Origin: an uncultured Thiotrichales bacterium
Lineage (GTDB): Bacteria > Pseudomonadota > Gammaproteobacteria > CAZUMV01
Direction: 5' to 3'
NCBI GenBank assembly: GCA_938041655.1
Contig: CALISW010000141.1
Span: forward strand, 1-60,411
Length of the DNA: 60,411 nt
In this document: positions 36,230 to 45,525 of the stretch, in pieces
Layout of the letters: the number at the start of each line of letters is the position of its first letter
Position numbering within the stretch: the first letter of the stretch is position 1
Translations under genes and position numbers: made by a program
Notes under the pieces: generated by a model
Database searches by the model: none
What the model was told of the DNA's origin: nothing
Seen by the model: only the letters and a program-made list of their open reading frames with translations

Positions 36230-39200
36230 ATGATTAACTGGTTTGCCCGTAACGACGTCGCCGCCAACTTATTGTTGATATTTATTGTTGCGACCGGCCT
36301 CTACACTATTGCCAGAGTATTGCCGCTCGAGGTAACCCCTACAATTGACCCTGAGATGATCAACATCAACGTCATCCAGCGAGGTGGCGCACCTGCAGAC
36401 ATCGAATCTGCAATCACCATACGTATCGAAGAGGCGATCGCTGACTATCAGGACATTGAGCATATCAATTCAACTTCGAGCGAAGGCAATGCCTCAATCA
36501 GGGCAATGCTCTACCCCGGTGCAGACAAACTAAAAGCACTGAATGAACTCAAATCACGGGTTGATGCTCTTTCCACCCTACCGACCACAGCTGAACGTCC
36601 CACTCTTTCTGCCTCCGAGAGTAGTTTTGATGTGATCAGCCTGGTCGTATACGGCGATCTCGATGAAAAAGAACTCACCAGAATAACGCGCGACCTTGAA
36701 GACGATTTGCTTCGCACCCCTGAGATCTCGCAAACCAGCATAGAAGGTCTTCGCAACTTCGAAATCAGCATCAACGTCAATGAAGATACTTTGCGCGAAT
36801 ATGGCCTGAATATTCGTGATATCAGCAATGCGATCAAATCACAGTCACTCGACTTGAGTGCTGGCCAGGTACGCACCAAAAGTGGTGACATTTTACTCTC
36901 GAGTAAATCACAGGCTTACGATTATGAGGACTATGCCGGACTGACCATCCGCAACTTTGCCGATGGCTCAAAACTAAAGCTCGGTGACCTTGCCACAATC
37001 GAAGACGGCTTCGAAGAGAATAAGATCATCACCCGTTTTAACGGCCGCCGTGCCGCTTTAATTAACGTCACTCGCAGCGGCAAAGAAAATGCTATCGACA
37101 TCGCCGATAGCGTTAAAAGATTTATTGCCGAGAAGGAACAAGAGTTACCAGCTACCGTAAGCCTTGGTTTCTGGGATGACACCTCAACCGAGATCAAAGG
37201 TCGCCTCAGTATTTTACTTGGTAGTGCAATACAAGGGGCGATCTTGGTCATGATCATGCTTACGTTGTTTTTACGGTTAACAGTAGCACTATGGGTCGTG
37301 ATCGGCATTCCAGTATGTTTCGCTGGCGCCATGATATTGATGCCTTATCTTGGTGTGACGATTAACACCATGAGTTTGTTCGGCTTCATTATTGTGCTGG
37401 GTGTCGTGGTCGACGATGCGATTGTGACCGGCGAAAATATCTACACCCATTTCACCCGTCACGGAGATGGCTTGCGAGCCGCGATTGAAGGCACAGAAGA
37501 AGTAGCCAAACCAGTTATCTTTGGCGTGCTTACCACCATTGCGGCGTTCGTACCGCTGACCCAAATGGGAGCCGGACATGGCGCCTTCGTTAAAGCCATT
37601 GCCCTGGTTGTCATCTGCTGTTTAATTTTTTCCATCATCGAAACCAAATTGATCCTGCCGGCACACCTCAAACACCTGAAAAAACAACGCGAACAATCAG
37701 AAACTCGGAACCCTGTGATGCGTGCCTTACTCAGCTTGCAAAATAGCGTTTCAAACGGCATGCAAAATTTCATTAATAATTTCTACCGCCCGTTTTTAAT
37801 CAAGGCAGTAAAAAATCGCTACCTGACTCTGGTCACGTTTATCTGCATCATGTACATGAGTGTTACCATAATCAGTGCAGGTCTGGTCAGGGTATCCTTC
37901 TTTCCGGTACTTGATTCGGATACAGCACGAGCAACCATTACCATGGCTGAAGGTACGCCGTCTGAAGTAACGCAAAATGCTATTACCGCACTGGATCAGT
38001 CAGCCGCGGTACTGGCAGAAAAATACACTAACCCGGAAAGTGGCGCATCGAATGTCAAAGGCATTCTATCTACCCTTGGCACTATTGGCTCCACCAATAT
38101 TAGTAGCAGCGGGTCAACCAACCTCGGCAGGATTAATGTTGCATTGTTTACTGGTAAAGACGCCGCCTTCCCCCTTACAACTTCCGAGTTCGTGCAGGAA
38201 TGGCGTGAAAGCTCCCCACAAATTACCGGCGTTGAGTCGCTCAGCTTTCGTTCCGAGTTATTCCGCATTGGTGACCCGGTCAATATCCAGCTCACCAGTA
38301 GTGATAACGAAGCCCTGCAACGGGTTATCCCGAAAATAGAGCAGAAACTCGCAACCTACGACGGCGTTTTCGATATTGGTAACTCTATCAACGACGGCAA
38401 GCGTGAACTTAATATCACCCTGAAACCTGAAGGCAGACTACTCGGCTTTGACCTGCAAAGTGTGACTAATCAGGTACGTTACGCCTATTTCGGCGATGAA
38501 GCACAGCGCATCCAACGCAGCCGTGATGATGTGCGTGTGATGGTCAAGTACCCTCTTGCGGAACGTTCTGAAATTTCCGACCTCGAAGATTTATTGATCA
38601 CTTCCAGCGGAGATAATTCAGCTCGTTTTGCGGACATTGCCAATGTCAGCTGGTCCCGGGCACCCACCAGCATTAAACGGGTTGATCAGCAACGAGCCAT
38701 CAATATTACCGCCGACATTGATAAAAAATCGGTTAACCAGTCGCTACTCTCGGATGAACTTGATGCTTTCATGTCGACCTTGCTTGCAGACACGCCACAA
38801 ATCACTTACTCGCTGGAAGGTGAAAATGCCGAGACTCGAGAAAGCGGTCAAGGACTGATGTTTGGCCTGATTTTTACTCTGCTCGCAATCTATACATTGC
38901 TGGCTATCCCATTCAAATCCTATAGCCAACCATTGATTGTGATGTCAGTTATACCTTTCTCGATTACCGGAGCAATTCTTGGTCATTTTATTATGGGCGC
39001 AGCCATGTCTTTCTTCAGTTTGTTCGGGATGCTGGCGCTGCTTGGCATACTGGTTAATGATAGCCTCGTAATGGTGGACTGGGTGAATAAACGGGTTGCT
39101 GAAGGAACTGATAAATATGAAGCGATCATCAATGCTGGTGGAGCACGTTTCCGTCCTATTTTCCTCACCTCAATCACTACCTTCGTCGGCTTGCTGCCAA

Positions 39201-39412
39201 TCCTGTTCGACACTAGCGCACCAGCCCAGTTTTTGATCCCTATGGCAATATCTCTTGGCTTCGGTATTTTGTATGCCACCTTCATTACCTTGATCATGGT
39301 GCCGTGCAATTACGTCATTCTTGAAGACATCAAGAATATATTTAATAGTAAAGATGAAAAAACAAATACAACTTATGATCCATTAAGTGAGACACTAAGC
39401 AATAACCTTTAA
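36230..39412 (+). CDS. RND efflux permease, paralog 2
   Basis: 1060 aa, collinear with paralog 1 with no indels over the first ~430 codons. Starts 12 nt after the paralog 1 stop. Confidence 0.92.
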   Translation: MINWFARNDVAANLLLIFIVATGLYTIARVLPLEVTPTIDPEMININVIQRGGAPADIESAITIRIEEAIADYQDIEHINSTSSEGNASIRAMLYPGADKLKALNELKSRVDALSTLPTTAERPTLSASESSFDVISLVVYGDLDEKELTRITRDLEDDLLRTPEISQTSIEGLRNFEISINVNEDTLREYGLNIRDISNAIKSQSLDLSAGQVRTKSGDILLSSKSQAYDYEDYAGLTIRNFADGSKLKLGDLATIEDGFEENKIITRFNGRRAALINVTRSGKENAIDIADSVKRFIAEKEQELPATVSLGFWDDTSTEIKGRLSILLGSAIQGAILVMIMLTLFLRLTVALWVVIGIPVCFAGAMILMPYLGVTINTMSLFGFIIVLGVVVDDAIVTGENIYTHFTRHGDGLRAAIEGTEEVAKPVIFGVLTTIAAFVPLTQMGAGHGAFVKAIALVVICCLIFSIIETKLILPAHLKHLKKQREQSETRNPVMRALLSLQNSVSNGMQNFINNFYRPFLIKAVKNRYLTLVTFICIMYMSVTIISAGLVRVSFFPVLDSDTARATITMAEGTPSEVTQNAITALDQSAAVLAEKYTNPESGASNVKGILSTLGTIGSTNISSSGSTNLGRINVALFTGKDAAFPLTTSEFVQEWRESSPQITGVESLSFRSELFRIGDPVNIQLTSSDNEALQRVIPKIEQKLATYDGVFDIGNSINDGKRELNITLKPEGRLLGFDLQSVTNQVRYAYFGDEAQRIQRSRDDVRVMVKYPLAERSEISDLEDLLITSSGDNSARFADIANVSWSRAPTSIKRVDQQRAINITADIDKKSVNQSLLSDELDAFMSTLLADTPQITYSLEGENAETRESGQGLMFGLIFTLLAIYTLLAIPFKSYSQPLIVMSVIPFSITGAILGHFIMGAAMSFFSLFGMLALLGILVNDSLVMVDWVNKRVAEGTDKYEAIINAGGARFRPIFLTSITTFVGLLPILFDTSAPAQFLIPMAISLGFGILYATFITLIMVPCNYVILEDIKNIFNSKDEKTNTTYDPLSETLSNNL

Positions 39413-39427
39413 AGCCAGTACCCTACA

Positions 39428-42400
39428 GTGATTAGTTGGTTCGCAAAAAACGACGTTGCCGCAAACCTGATGTTGATATTTATTGTCTTCATCGGTCTGT
39501 ATACAACCTTAAGGGTTCTACCTCTCGAATCTTTTCCAATCGTAGACCCTCGAATTGTCAGCATCAATGTTGTGCAAAGAGGTGCAACACCGGCTGATAT
39601 TGAATCCGGCATTACGCTGAAAATTGAAGAAGCTATCTCTGATTATGAGGTGATTGAAGAAATCATCTCTAAATCAAATGAAGGTAATGCTTTGGTGATG
39701 GCAAAACTTAAAAGCAGAACTGACAAACAAGTTGCGCTGAACGATATCAAGTCACGCATCGATGCTCTTTCTACTTTACCTGCAGCAGCCGAAAAACCCA
39801 TCATAACCGCCAGCGACCCTGTAATTGGCGTGATACAGCTCGTTATTTATGGCGACATCAGTGAAAAAGAACTCACTCTGTTGGCTCGTAAACTCGAGAC
39901 CGAAATTATTGCAATACCAGGGATTTCACAAACTTCGATTCAGGGCGTCAGACCCTATGAAATCAGTATTAATGTTTCGCAAGCAACCTTGCGTGAATAC
40001 GGCTTATCAATAGACGACATCACACAATCCATCCGACTTCAGTCAATAGATATTTCAGCAGGACAACTACGAACCGATAGCGGCGATATATTACTGGTAA
40101 GTAATTCTCAAGCGTACCGCTATGCAGACTACGCCAGTATTAATGTCGCCACCTTCCCTGACGGTTCAGAACTTCGTCTTGACCAAATCGCCGAGATTGA
40201 CGATGGCTTTGATGAAAACCCGGTCTTCTCACGCTTTAATAATCAGCGAGCAGCGATTATTAGCATCAGCCGAACTGGTAGTGAAAGCGCTATTGAGATC
40301 GCAGAAAAAGTTAACGACTATATCGTAGTAAATCGCAGCTTACTGCCAGATGGCGTAGAAATGATCAGCTGGGATGACCAGGCTGTCTATATCAAAGACC
40401 GCATCAACACCTTGCTTACGAGTGGATTACAAGGCGGGATTCTCGTCTTTATTTTGCTGGCGTTGTTGTTGCGTATCAAGGTCGCGCTGTGGGTGGTAGT
40501 AGGTATACCGGTCTGTTACGCAGGCTCACTCGCATTATTGCCTTATTTCGGCGTAACTATTAATGGCATGAGCGTATTCGGATTTATTCTCGTTCTTGGT
40601 GTCGTGGTTGATGACGCCATAGTCACCGGCGAAAATATTTACACGCACTTCAAACGCCATGGTGATGGTTTGCGAGCCGCCATTGAAGGCACACAAGAAG
40701 TCGCCAAACCGGTAACCTTTGGCATCCTTACTACCATGGCAGCCTTCGCGCCGTTGTGTCTTATCGACGCGGGTATTGGCGCATTAATGCAGGCACTGGC
40801 GTTCGTCGTGATTGGTTGTCTGATCTTCTCATTAGTCGAAAGTAAATTGATCCTGCCCGCCCATCTAAAGAACATGAAAACGCCTCAGGACCGTGAGAGC
40901 AGCAACAACAAATTCACCGACTGGTTAAGAAGAACTCAGGACAAAATATCCAACAGCATGGTGTTCTTCGCCAAATACCGGTATCAACCGGTATTAACCA
41001 AAGCCGTGAACAATCGCTATTTTACGCTGACCTGCTTTATTTGTTTGTTAGTTTTAATGATTTTTGGTTTCAAAACCGGCGTGGTTAAGTTCTCCCCCTT
41101 CCCCAGAGTCGGCGATACTATCGCAACGGCAAAACTGAGTATGCCTCAAGGTACACCAGCCAACCTGACGGAACAATCGCTACGCATCATTCAGGACGCT
41201 GCCGTACAAGCCGGCGAGAAATACACTATCAATACTACCGGCGAAAGCTCGGTCAAAGGGGTTTTGGTTACGCTTGGTATCTCAGAAGTAACCATGTTTG
41301 GCGAGATCACACCAGGTGCCGCCAACCTGGGTAATGTCAGTGTTGCCTTCCATGTAGATGGTGAACAGCCTGTGCCACTTAATCCGTTTGAGTTTGTCAG
41401 AGAGTGGCGTGACTTGACGGGTGAGATACCCTCTTCTGAGTCACTACAATTTGCAGCTGAAGCTGGAGATTTTGGTGACCCGGTAGATATCAAGATCATC
41501 AGTAACAACGAACAATCCACCAACAGCATAGTTGCTTTTATCGAACGCGAGCTGCGACAATTTGATGGCGTGTATGACGTCAACAACTCATTCAGTAACG
41601 GCAAACGAGAACTACAAATAGAGCTGAAACCGGAAGGACACTTACTCGGCCTGGATCTGCAAGATGTCGCCGTACAAGTGCGTAATGCATTTTTTGGCTC
41701 CGAAGCGCAGCGCATACAACGAAATCGTGACGACATCAGAGTCATGGTCAAATACCCACTGTCTGAACGTTCAACCCTCAATCAACTTGAAGATCTGATG
41801 CTGATTACCAGCGATAATCGCCAAACACGCTTTGCAGATGTCGCCACGGTTAGCTGGGGACGCGCACCCTCGGCCATTGATCGCATAGATTTAGAACGCT
41901 CCGTCAACGTCACTGCTGACATTGATAAAACCACAGTAGATCAAGCACAGTTATCCAGCGATATCGAAGACATACTCGTCAAGCAAAGTATTAACTACCC
42001 GGACGTTAAACTATCTCAAGAAGGAGAACAGGCAGACGCACAGGAATTATTGTTCCAACTCCTAGTCGGCCTCGGCTTCACCTTACTAATCATCTACACC
42101 TTGCTCGCCATCCCCTTCAAATCCTACAGCCAGCCCGTGATCGTAATGTCAGCAATACCGTTTTCAATAATCGGCGCTGTATTGGGCCACCTTATCATTG
42201 GCTTTACCATGTCGATGGTCAGCATCTTCGGCGTGCTGGCATTGATTGGTATTATTGTTAATGACAGTCTGGTCATGGTGCACTGGATCAATCAACGCGT
42301 AGACGAAGGCATGGCACTGATTGACGCAGTATGCCAGGCCGGTGCTGCAAGATTTCGTGCCATTATTCTTACCTCAATAACTACATTCGTTGGGATCCTG

Positions 42401-42616
42401 CCGATTCTGTTTGACACCAGTACTCAGGGACAGTTTTTGATCCCCATGGTCACCTCGATTGGCTTTGGCGTCTTATTTGGCAGCTTACTAACACTATTTC
42501 TTGTACCGTGTAATTATATGATTCTCGAAGACATCAAGTCGATTTTTCGTTCCGACAAGTCCGAGACTAAAAAACCGGCACCACAACTACAGAACAGCCT
42601 GGATGCTGAAATCTAG
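39428..42616 (+). CDS. RND efflux permease, paralog 3
   Basis: 1062 aa with a GTG start, collinear with paralogs 1 and 2. Starts 15 nt after the paralog 2 stop. Confidence 0.9.
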   Translation: MISWFAKNDVAANLMLIFIVFIGLYTTLRVLPLESFPIVDPRIVSINVVQRGATPADIESGITLKIEEAISDYEVIEEIISKSNEGNALVMAKLKSRTDKQVALNDIKSRIDALSTLPAAAEKPIITASDPVIGVIQLVIYGDISEKELTLLARKLETEIIAIPGISQTSIQGVRPYEISINVSQATLREYGLSIDDITQSIRLQSIDISAGQLRTDSGDILLVSNSQAYRYADYASINVATFPDGSELRLDQIAEIDDGFDENPVFSRFNNQRAAIISISRTGSESAIEIAEKVNDYIVVNRSLLPDGVEMISWDDQAVYIKDRINTLLTSGLQGGILVFILLALLLRIKVALWVVVGIPVCYAGSLALLPYFGVTINGMSVFGFILVLGVVVDDAIVTGENIYTHFKRHGDGLRAAIEGTQEVAKPVTFGILTTMAAFAPLCLIDAGIGALMQALAFVVIGCLIFSLVESKLILPAHLKNMKTPQDRESSNNKFTDWLRRTQDKISNSMVFFAKYRYQPVLTKAVNNRYFTLTCFICLLVLMIFGFKTGVVKFSPFPRVGDTIATAKLSMPQGTPANLTEQSLRIIQDAAVQAGEKYTINTTGESSVKGVLVTLGISEVTMFGEITPGAANLGNVSVAFHVDGEQPVPLNPFEFVREWRDLTGEIPSSESLQFAAEAGDFGDPVDIKIISNNEQSTNSIVAFIERELRQFDGVYDVNNSFSNGKRELQIELKPEGHLLGLDLQDVAVQVRNAFFGSEAQRIQRNRDDIRVMVKYPLSERSTLNQLEDLMLITSDNRQTRFADVATVSWGRAPSAIDRIDLERSVNVTADIDKTTVDQAQLSSDIEDILVKQSINYPDVKLSQEGEQADAQELLFQLLVGLGFTLLIIYTLLAIPFKSYSQPVIVMSAIPFSIIGAVLGHLIIGFTMSMVSIFGVLALIGIIVNDSLVMVHWINQRVDEGMALIDAVCQAGAARFRAIILTSITTFVGILPILFDTSTQGQFLIPMVTSIGFGVLFGSLLTLFLVPCNYMILEDIKSIFRSDKSETKKPAPQLQNSLDAEI

Positions 42617-42624
42617 AGACCTCA

Positions 42625-43866
42625 TTGAGAAGCACCATTAACTCATCAATACTAATCCGCAACAGTCGGGTAACCCTCTTCTTGACCTTTACTTTGATGG
42701 TCCTGGTTAGTGTAGCCGTGTTCACAACCGATACAATGATTGCGGCCTTGAATACAATTTCAGTCAGCCTGAACGCTGAAATGAATAAGACACAATTAAT
42801 CATTGTGACATTTCTCTTGTTATATGGCGCATTGCAAATACCGAGTGGCTTGCTTGCAGACCGATATGGTCGCAAGCCGGTGCTGATCGCCGGGTTATTC
42901 ATTTTTTCACTGGGCTCTCTAATTACCATCGTCACCGATAACATGGATTTACTTTTGCTTGGCCGAGCCATTCAAGGTGTTGGCAGTGCCACCTCTGCCG
43001 TGCTGGCGCGAGCTATGGCCAGGGATCTCTGCTCAGGCCCAGAATTCAATCGCTTAATGTCGACCCTGATTGCAGCTACGGCATTTACTGCCGTCATTGG
43101 TCCAGTCTTAGGCGGCGTAGTTGTCTCTGCGTTTAGCTGGAAAGCAATCGTACTACTGATCGGTTTATACGGGCTGGTTGCGCTGATTTTAAGTTTTTCA
43201 TTACCTGAAACACTGCCCGAAAAAGCGACACAGAATGTGATGAATCAGGTAAAGCGCAGCCTCGCTCTTTACATCCGAACGCCACTGACACTATGGTCAA
43301 CAGCCTTGTTGTCGGTACACTTTTTCGGTTTCATGACATTACTTGCAAATTTTTCGCTAGTGACCGAAAGCTTTTATTCCTATAGCCCGTTGACTACCGG
43401 TGCCGTTTTTAGCACCGGGATATTTATTTACTTCCTGACCACCTTGTTATCCCGCCATTTAACAACTCGTATTGGCGCTATTAAAAACCTTGGCTTGAGC
43501 ATCTATTGCTATATCGTCTCGGCAACAGCAATGGCCTGGCTCTACTTCAGTGGCAATCAGAATTTCATTTTTCTCTGCATGGCAACGCTGCCATTTATGA
43601 TCGCCTTCGGATTTGTTTTTACCAATGCAAGCACTCTCGCCCTGCAAAACATTCATCACAGCCGGGGCTTTATCTCCGGCGTGGTTGGAACATTTCAAAT
43701 TTGTGTTAGTAGTTTTGGAGCGTACTATAGCTCTCTTATTTACGACGGCACTGCTAATGCGCTTATACTCATTATCGGTAGTTGTTCCGCGCTAATGATC
43801 ATTATTTACTTTGTTGGTTACTTTTTGATTCCAGACTGCCGCCCTACCGACGAACACAGCGCATGA
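42625..43866 (+). CDS. MFS transporter (Bcr/CflA-type drug-resistance subfamily-like)
   Basis: 413 aa, about 12 TM. GLLADRYGRKPVL (MFS motif A). TTG start 8 nt after the RND-3 stop. Confidence 0.8.
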   Translation: MRSTINSSILIRNSRVTLFLTFTLMVLVSVAVFTTDTMIAALNTISVSLNAEMNKTQLIIVTFLLLYGALQIPSGLLADRYGRKPVLIAGLFIFSLGSLITIVTDNMDLLLLGRAIQGVGSATSAVLARAMARDLCSGPEFNRLMSTLIAATAFTAVIGPVLGGVVVSAFSWKAIVLLIGLYGLVALILSFSLPETLPEKATQNVMNQVKRSLALYIRTPLTLWSTALLSVHFFGFMTLLANFSLVTESFYSYSPLTTGAVFSTGIFIYFLTTLLSRHLTTRIGAIKNLGLSIYCYIVSATAMAWLYFSGNQNFIFLCMATLPFMIAFGFVFTNASTLALQNIHHSRGFISGVVGTFQICVSSFGAYYSSLIYDGTANALILIIGSCSALMIIIYFVGYFLIPDCRPTDEHSA

Positions 43867-44441
43867 GTGTAAGCTGCGTCATACTCGCCGCCGGTCAATC
43901 CTCAAGGTTTGGCAACATTAAAGCACTGGCAAAGTTTGAAGATCAAACACTGCTTGAGCATGCACTCTCGGCAGCAAAGAATTGCGACTGTAATGACATT
44001 CATCTGGTATTGGGCGCACATAAAACTGAAATCGAAACGAATATAGCTTTAGAGAATTGCAATATTATCTACAACCCGGATCACGCCACTGGCATGGCCA
44101 GCTCAATAAAGCTTGCAGTGAACACATTGAAAGACAGCGATGCATTACTATTTATGGCAATTGATCAACCTCTGATACAAGCCGAAGATCTCAACGCTCT
44201 GATCAGCATGCATCAGAAATTTAGCAACAGAATGGTGGCAGCAAAATACGCCAGCTCGGTTGGTATACCCGCTCTATTCCCCCGCAATTATTACAATGCT
44301 TTGTTAAGGCTTGAAGGTGACAAAGGTGCTAAAAAGTTGCTGACCACAACGACAATACAGAAAGTTGAAATGCCTGAAGCCCAGTTAGATTTAGATCATC
44401 CTGAAGATCTTGACGCTTTATTGGAAACTAGGAAAGATTAA
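43863..44441 (+). CDS. MobA-like NTP transferase (molybdenum cofactor cytidylyltransferase MocA-like)
   Basis: Start at MSVSCVILAAGQSSRFG (ATG 43863) forms an ATGA overlap with the MFS stop. AIDQP motif is present. The track ORF from 43782 is an in-frame upstream extension inside the MFS gene. Confidence 0.7.
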   Translation: MSVSCVILAAGQSSRFGNIKALAKFEDQTLLEHALSAAKNCDCNDIHLVLGAHKTEIETNIALENCNIIYNPDHATGMASSIKLAVNTLKDSDALLFMAIDQPLIQAEDLNALISMHQKFSNRMVAAKYASSVGIPALFPRNYYNALLRLEGDKGAKKLLTTTTIQKVEMPEAQLDLDHPEDLDALLETRKD

Positions 44442-45516
44442 CTTGAGTTAGTATGTTTTCGTTCAATGATGATAGCTGCTGCCCTGAGCCATTATTCAAG
44501 ACTGCGTGCATATCCGCCAGTATCGCCAGCGCAATAGACTCGGGCAACTCTCCCCCTAAATCCATGCCTACCGGACCTCTTATATGGCGCTCAAGACACG
44601 CTCTTTCCAACTCGGGCAATAGGTCAAGAATACGCTGTTTGCGTTCATAGGGACCTAACAGACCAATATATTGAGGCAGTTCTTCTGATGCGAACAACCA
44701 TTTGATCCAGCCAGCATCCAGATGCATATTGTGAGTCAGCACCACTGCCGCATCAATTACCAGGCCTTCTCGCGCCAGAGAGTCCGGATCCTTTTTGATC
44801 ACAACATCTGCTGCTGGAAAAAATCGACGACTGGCATAGGCCGGCCGATGATCAATTAAATTAATTTTCCAACCAAGAATCGACGCCATTGCAACCAGCG
44901 GTCGAGCGTCTACGCCACCACCGAATACAGCCAAATTTATTGCCGGCGTAAAGCGTGTTAATGACCAGCACAAATTATCTTGCCGTACAAACTCATGCTG
45001 CTGATTCTTATTAAACTCCGGCGCTTCAAAATCATCACCGAGTTTCGCTAACAATTGCTGCTGTTGATCTAGCAGTTTTAAAGAGGAGGATTGCGCTTCA
45101 AGTGCCGCGTCATAATGCTGTAACAGATAACACTCGCGCCCCAGTTTTAATTCATGCTGCATCAAACCAAGCAACTGATGACACTCTATCGTCAGGGGCT
45201 GCACGAACACTCCGATTTTTCCGCGGCAACCAATCCCCAGTTCTGCGGCAAATGATTCATCATCTATCATGTCGTATTCGATATAGCGCGGCGTATTATT
45301 ACTCATCACTTGCCGACTACGTCTAACCACATCCGCCTCCAGACAACCACCACTCACCATACCGATAGCTTCTCCATCAGGGTTAATCAACATCACAGCG
45401 CCGGGGGTACGATAACTGGAACCCTCTTTAGAAATGACCATCGCCATACACCAACCTGTTACGTACTTATCATCTAGATAAGTCTGCAACAAGCTGGTAA
45501 TGGAAATGCTATTCAT
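44428..45516 (-). CDS. XdhC/CoxI family molybdoenzyme maturation protein
   Basis: N-terminal XdhC_CoxI-like region plus the Rossmann segment LAVFGGGVDARPLVAMASILGWKINLIDHRPAY. Its 3' end overlaps the MocA-like gene by 14 nt (convergent). Confidence 0.75.
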   Translation of the reverse strand: MNSISITSLLQTYLDDKYVTGWCMAMVISKEGSSYRTPGAVMLINPDGEAIGMVSGGCLEADVVRRSRQVMSNNTPRYIEYDMIDDESFAAELGIGCRGKIGVFVQPLTIECHQLLGLMQHELKLGRECYLLQHYDAALEAQSSSLKLLDQQQQLLAKLGDDFEAPEFNKNQQHEFVRQDNLCWSLTRFTPAINLAVFGGGVDARPLVAMASILGWKINLIDHRPAYASRRFFPAADVVIKKDPDSLAREGLVIDAAVVLTHNMHLDAGWIKWLFASEELPQYIGLLGPYERKQRILDLLPELERACLERHIRGPVGMDLGGELPESIALAILADMHAVLNNGSGQQLSSLNENILTQVNLS

Positions 45517-45525
45517 AGTTATAAC

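Noticed and set aside
36511-41781. Several 95-196-aa minus-strand ORFs inside the RND genes (e.g. 36511-36891, 36931-37332, 41191-41781)
   Set aside because: All are antisense to long RND ORFs with conserved motifs, and their Ser/Arg/Pro-rich composition indicates shadow frames.
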